Assembly: GCA_964016885.1 (NCBI GenBank)
Contig: OZ024749.1
Coordinates: forward strand, 37,944,001-38,008,000
DNA length: 64,000 nt
Reading direction: 5' to 3'
Origin: Eledone cirrhosa
Lineage: Eukaryota
The first letter of the stretch is position 1. Each line of letters opens with the position of its first letter. The position numbers were made by a program, and so were the translations under genes. Below, piece by piece: positions 59,100 through 64,000 of this stretch. The notes beneath the pieces were generated by a model. That model ran no database searches. It was not told the origin of the DNA and saw nothing but the letters and a program-made list of their open reading frames with translations.

Positions 59100-59412
59100 A
59101 TGTAAAATAAGTAAGTCAAACATGTAAAATTTGGCTTCGTTTATTACAAATTCTCTGCTAGCTCCTGGGTGTGTTGTTAGTCCTCCGAGGACTGGAAACA
59201 TGTTTCCAGTTCCTCAGAGGACTAACAACACACCGAGGAGCTGGACATATCGATATATTGAGAGAGTGGAACACTTCAACAACATGTGTACCTCTCTTTT
59301 CCACACCAATTTGGACTGCCTGAAGAGGTCACAGCAAATAATAGCTGTCACCGAAATATATAGCAGTAATAAACGAAGGCAAATTTGACATGTTTGACTT
59401 ACTTATTTTTCA
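59100..59412. mobile_element. Nested inverted repeats (outer ~43-bp arms, inner ~80-bp palindrome)
   Basis: Outer arms 59104-59146 / 59366-59410. Inner palindrome 59161-59241 centred on ggaaacatgtttcc. Confidence 0.7.
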
Positions 59413-59450
59413 TATATATATATATATATACACACATATATATATATAAC

Positions 59451-59865
59451 TAGTTCCACAACAGTTAGTTCACCATTACCGAGAACAATTGTTTCACCTT
59501 ATTCGGATCATCAGCTCGGTTTAAATGAGTTTGTACGGACAAAGAAAAACAACTGTACGAATACGCATGTGCAAAGACAGTCACTTCCCAAGGAGGGGGG
59601 AGGGGTAAACTCACCAAGCATCCACAGTTATCTCCCTGACATCGATCCGTCTTGGCCCCCCCCATCCATTGGGAAGTGACTGTTTCTGCACATGCGTATT
59701 CGTACAGTTGTTTTTTCCTTTTCCGTACAACCTTATTTAAATCGAGCTGATGATCCGATTAAGGTGAAGGAATTGTTCTCGGTAATGGTGAACTAACTGT
59801 TGTGGAACTACTTCTTCCAAACTCGTCCCATTGACTGAGTGCTCTACTTCTATGGATATAACCCA
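59451..59865 (+). mobile_element. Penelope-like element with ~145-bp inverted arms and a tail
   Basis: 59451-59594 is inverted relative to 59665-59810. Each arm has a hammerhead motif, and the left end abuts (TA)n. Confidence 0.8.
59478..59520 (-). ncRNA. Minimal type I hammerhead with palindromic stem III
   Basis: Minus strand: ACCGAG-CUGAUGA-uCC gaauaa GGu-GAAA-CAAUUG-UU/-CUCGGU. The + copy at ~59742-59783 has GAAA mutated to GAAG. Confidence 0.75.
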
Positions 59866-59869
59866 CCAG

Positions 59870-60058
59870 CGGTGGATTGGCAGTATCGGTAGAGGGCCAG
59901 ACGCCATGCTTTCCATCATAGAGTTACGTCCCTTCCCGGACTGAGTTCAAATCCCGCCGAGGTTAACTTTGCCTTTCATCCTTACGATGTCGATAAAATA
60001 AAGCACCAGTAATGCACTGGGATAATTGCTGGCCTTGTGCCAAAAGTAGAAACAATTA
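59870..60058 (+). mobile_element. Meta SINE
   Basis: Head, B box, core and tail. Confidence 0.85.
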
Positions 60059-60149
60059 TATATATATATCTGTGTGTGTGTATCCCGGGTTCTGTCGGGG
60101 ATAACCACAGTAAATAAGGTACTCAATACATAGTAGAGTATATACAATA

Positions 60150-62166
60150 TCGATTTTTTTGTTATTGCTTTGGTTAATTTTGATGTAGTTACCGATTTTG
60201 TTATTATTGCTTTGGTTAATTTTGAAGTAGTTACCGATTTTGTTATTATTGCTTTGGTTAATTTTGATGTAGTTACCGATTTTGTTATTATTGCTTTGGT
60301 TAATTTTGATGTAGTTACCGATTTTGTTATTATTGCTTTGGTTAATTTTGATGTGGTTATCGATTTATTTGTTATTGCTTTGGTTAATTTTGAAGTAGTT
60401 ACCGATTTGTTATTATTGCTTTGGTTAATTTTGATGTAGTTACCGATTTTGTTGTTATTGCTTTGGTTAATTTTGATGTAGTTACCGATTTTGTTGTTAT
60501 TGCTTTGGTTAATTTTGATGTAGTTACTGATTTTGTTGTTATTGCTTTGGTTAATTTTGATGTAGATACCGATTTTGTTATTATTGCTTTGGTTAATTTT
60601 GATGTGGTTATCGATTTATTTGTTATTGCTTTGGTCAATTTTGAAGTAGTTACCGATTTTGTTATTATTGCTTTGGTTAATTTTGATGTAGTTACCGATT
60701 TTGTTGTTATTGCTTTGGTTAATTTTGATGTAGTTACCGATTTTGTTGTTATTGCTTTGGTTAATTTTGATGTAGTTACCGATTTTGTTGTTATTGCTTT
60801 GGTTAATTTTGATGTAGTTACCGATTTTGTTATTATTGCTTTGGTTAATTTTGATGTGGTTATCGATTTATTTGTTATTGCTTTGGTTAATTTTGAAGTA
60901 GTTACCGATTTTGTTATTATTGCTTTGGTTAATTTTGATGTGGTCATCGATTTCGTTATTATTGCTTTGGTTAATTTTGATGTGGTTATCGATTTATTTG
61001 TTATTGCTTTGGTTAATTTTGAAGTAGTTACGGATTTTGTTATTATTGCTTTGGCTAATTTTGATGTAGTAACCGATTTTGTTATTATTGCTTTGGTTAA
61101 TTTTGATGTAGTTACCGATTTTGTTGTTATTGCTTTGGTTAATTGTAGTTACCGATTTTGTTGTTATTGCTTTGGTTAATTTTGATGTAGTTACCGATTT
61201 TGTTATTATTGCTTTCGTTAATTTTGATGTGGTTATCGATTTATTTGTTATTGCTTTGGTTAATTTTGAAGTAGTTACCGATTTTGTTGTTATTGCTTTG
61301 GTTAATTTTGATGTAGTTACCGATTTTGTTATTATTGCTTTGGTTAATTTTGATGTAGTTACCGATTTTGTTGTTATTGCTTTGGTTAATTTTGATGTAG
61401 TTACCGATTTTGTTGTTATTGCTTTGGTTAATTTTGATGTGGTTATCGATTTATTTGTTATTGCTTTGGTTAATTTTGAAGTAGTTACCGATTTTGTTAT
61501 TATTGCTTTGGTTAATTTTGATGTGGTTATCGATTTATTTGTTATTGCTTTGGTTAATTTTGAAGTAGTTACCGATTTTGTTATTATTGGTTTGGTTAAT
61601 TTTGATGTAGTTATCGATTTTGTTATTATTGCTTTGGTTAATTTTGATGTAGTTACCGATTTTGTTGTTATTGCTTTGGTTAAGTTTGATGTGGTTATCG
61701 ATTTAGTTGTTATTGCTTTAGTTAATTTTGATGTAGTTACCGATTTTGTTGTTATTGCTTTCGTTAATATTGATGTAGTTACCGATTTTGTTATTATTGC
61801 TTTGGTTAATTTAGATGTAGTTACCGATTTTGTTATTATTGCTTTGGTTAATTTTGATGTAGTTACCGATTTTGTTGTTATTGCTTTGGTTAATTTAGAT
61901 GTAGTTACCGATTTTGTTATTATTGCTTTGGTTAATTTTGATGTAGTTACCGATTTTGTTATTATTGCTTTGGTTAATTTTGATGTGGTTATCGATTTAG
62001 TTGTTATTGCTTTAGTTAATTTTGATGTAGTTACCGATTTTGTTATTATTGCTTTGGTTAATTTAGATGTAGTTACCGATTTTGTTATTATTGCTTTGGT
62101 TAATTTTGATGTAGTTACCGATTTTGTTATTATTGCTTTGGTTAATTTTGATGTGGTTATCGATTC
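60150..62166. repeat. 42-bp minisatellite, ~48 copies
   Basis: Unit ttggttaattttgatgtagttaccgattttgttattattgct. Confidence 0.95.
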
Positions 62167-62746
62167 GGTTGTTGTTTTTGTAGTTATTGTTATAGTTGTT
62201 CTTGTTTTTGTTCTTGTAATCATTGTTGTTGTTATATTCGCCATCTTTGCTGTTACCCACATGACACATGAGTATTTCTCTTCTTTCCAGTTAAATAAGG
62301 AAAATTCGCTCCGTATAAATATTGATATTTCCACCATATGTACACCATTATATTGCTTCTCTCTCTCTCCCTCCCCTCTCTCTCTTTATCTCTATCTCTA
62401 TTTATATATTATTTATATATATATATATGTGTGTGTGTGTGTATATGTGTGTGTATATATATACTATATACGTATATATATATATACATATATATATATA
62501 CATGTATATATATATATACATGTATATATATATGTATATATATATATGTATATATATATATGTATATATATATTTATATATATACATACATATGTATATA
62601 TATACATACATATATATATATATTTATATATTTATAAATATATGTGTGTGTATATATATATTTATATATTTATATATGTGTGTGTATATATGTATGTATA
62701 TATATATACTTACATCTATATGTGTGTATATATATATATATATATG

Positions 62747-62843
<97 letters not shown>

Positions 62844-62938
62844 GTACACATACCTTTCTATCTTTCGTACTTTCTTTCTCTCGCTTATATATGTGTAAAT
62901 AACGAACTCATTTTGGAATGTTGTTGCTGGACAATGAG

Positions 62939-63093
<155 letters not shown>

Positions 63094-63397
63094 ATGTGGG
63101 TGTTTCAATATTTACCAAGTCAAATGAATACTGAAAGAATGTAATCTTTCCATATGAAGAGTAATTGTAATAATTAAAGAGAAACACACCATGAGAAATA
63201 CTTGCTACGTGGTAGGCAAGAGGCAACAGACAACAGACAGGGAGAGATAATATTCCAAATATTATTTAACTGTTGATGCGGTCTTAGTGGCGCCATCGTC
63301 TTAAACTCGGGGGAGTCAATTCCCCTCCAGATAAGAAATCGGCCAATTTCTTCCAGAGTGAGGGAAAGATAGATCCCTAAATTGAGAGAGAGAGAGT

Positions 63398-63477
<80 letters not shown>

Positions 63478-63579
63478 AAGAGAAATTACGGAAGAGAAAA
63501 TCAATCCCAGTACTATATTTATCGATCACAAAAGAATGGAAGGCAAAGCTGACTTCTATGAAAACTAAACTCAAAATAT

Positions 63580-63787
63580 TTTTGGCACAAGGCCAGCAAC
63601 TATGCCAGTGTATTACTGGTACTTCATTTTATCGACCCCGTAAGGATGAAAGGCAAAGTTAACTTCGGCGGGATTTGAACTCAGATGATAAAGGGCCGTA
63701 ACTCTTTACTACAAAGCATTGCTACAAAGCATTGCGTCAGGGGCGGTGAATTGGCAGTACCGATACTGCCAATTCACCGCCCCTGAC
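63580..63787 (-). mobile_element. Meta SINE with a rearranged, palindromic 5' end
   Basis: Core and tail in reverse complement, with a 24-bp perfect inverted repeat at 63736-63759 / 63764-63787. Confidence 0.8.
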
Positions 63788-63794
63788 AAGGGTG

Positions 63795-63819
63795 ACATGA
63801 CTTTCGGACCACCCTGTAC
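63795..63819 (-). mobile_element. Tc1/mariner-like TIR fragment (a similar end at 57797-57828)
   Basis: Reverse complement ta-cagggtggtccgaaagtcatg; 57797 reads ta-gggtgtcccaaaaaatgta. Confidence 0.4.
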
Positions 63820-64000
63820 ATATTAATTGCCAAACTGACTGTAGGACCTCCGTCACTTTCGACAATGGATGCTCCATTTGCTTGATGTTTGGAACAGTCA
63901 TTGCGCATGGAATTATTGTGTACGTGAGTGGGTGTACCTCCAGTAAGGGGACATTTTACTTAGTTCTATGGGAGATTCTACAGGATCGTGTGTGACAAGG

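Overview
This is AT-rich eukaryotic (metazoan) DNA, probably a large intron or intergenic region of an octopus-type cephalopod genome. That assignment is inferred from the very dense (TA)n, (CA)n, (GA)n, (ACC)n and (AAC)n microsatellites and a high-copy tRNA-derived SINE with a Meta-type core. Nearly all ORFs in the supplied track are simple-repeat artefacts. The real protein-like segments are decayed transposon pieces: R4/Dong-like and CRE-like restriction-like-endonuclease (RLE) LINEs, Tx1/L1, RTE/Rex3 and a Tigger/pogo transposase. There is one plausible 118-bp host coding exon (20405-20522, +). The main unexplained signal is a set of at least 6-8 unrelated short non-coding elements inserted in (TA)n tracts. 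They have Penelope-like architecture (inverted arm + body + tail, or direct terminal repeats), and several carry complete type I hammerhead ribozyme folds (14554-14616, 34873-34952, 55949-56009, 59478-59520), one pair with compensatory stem changes. In some families the fold-back centre falls inside the ribozyme's own hairpin. A 3.7-kb stack of (TAA)n-targeting Dong-like LINE 3' ends (36814-40254) is also present. All calls are by eye, without database searches, and coordinates are approximate to a few bases.
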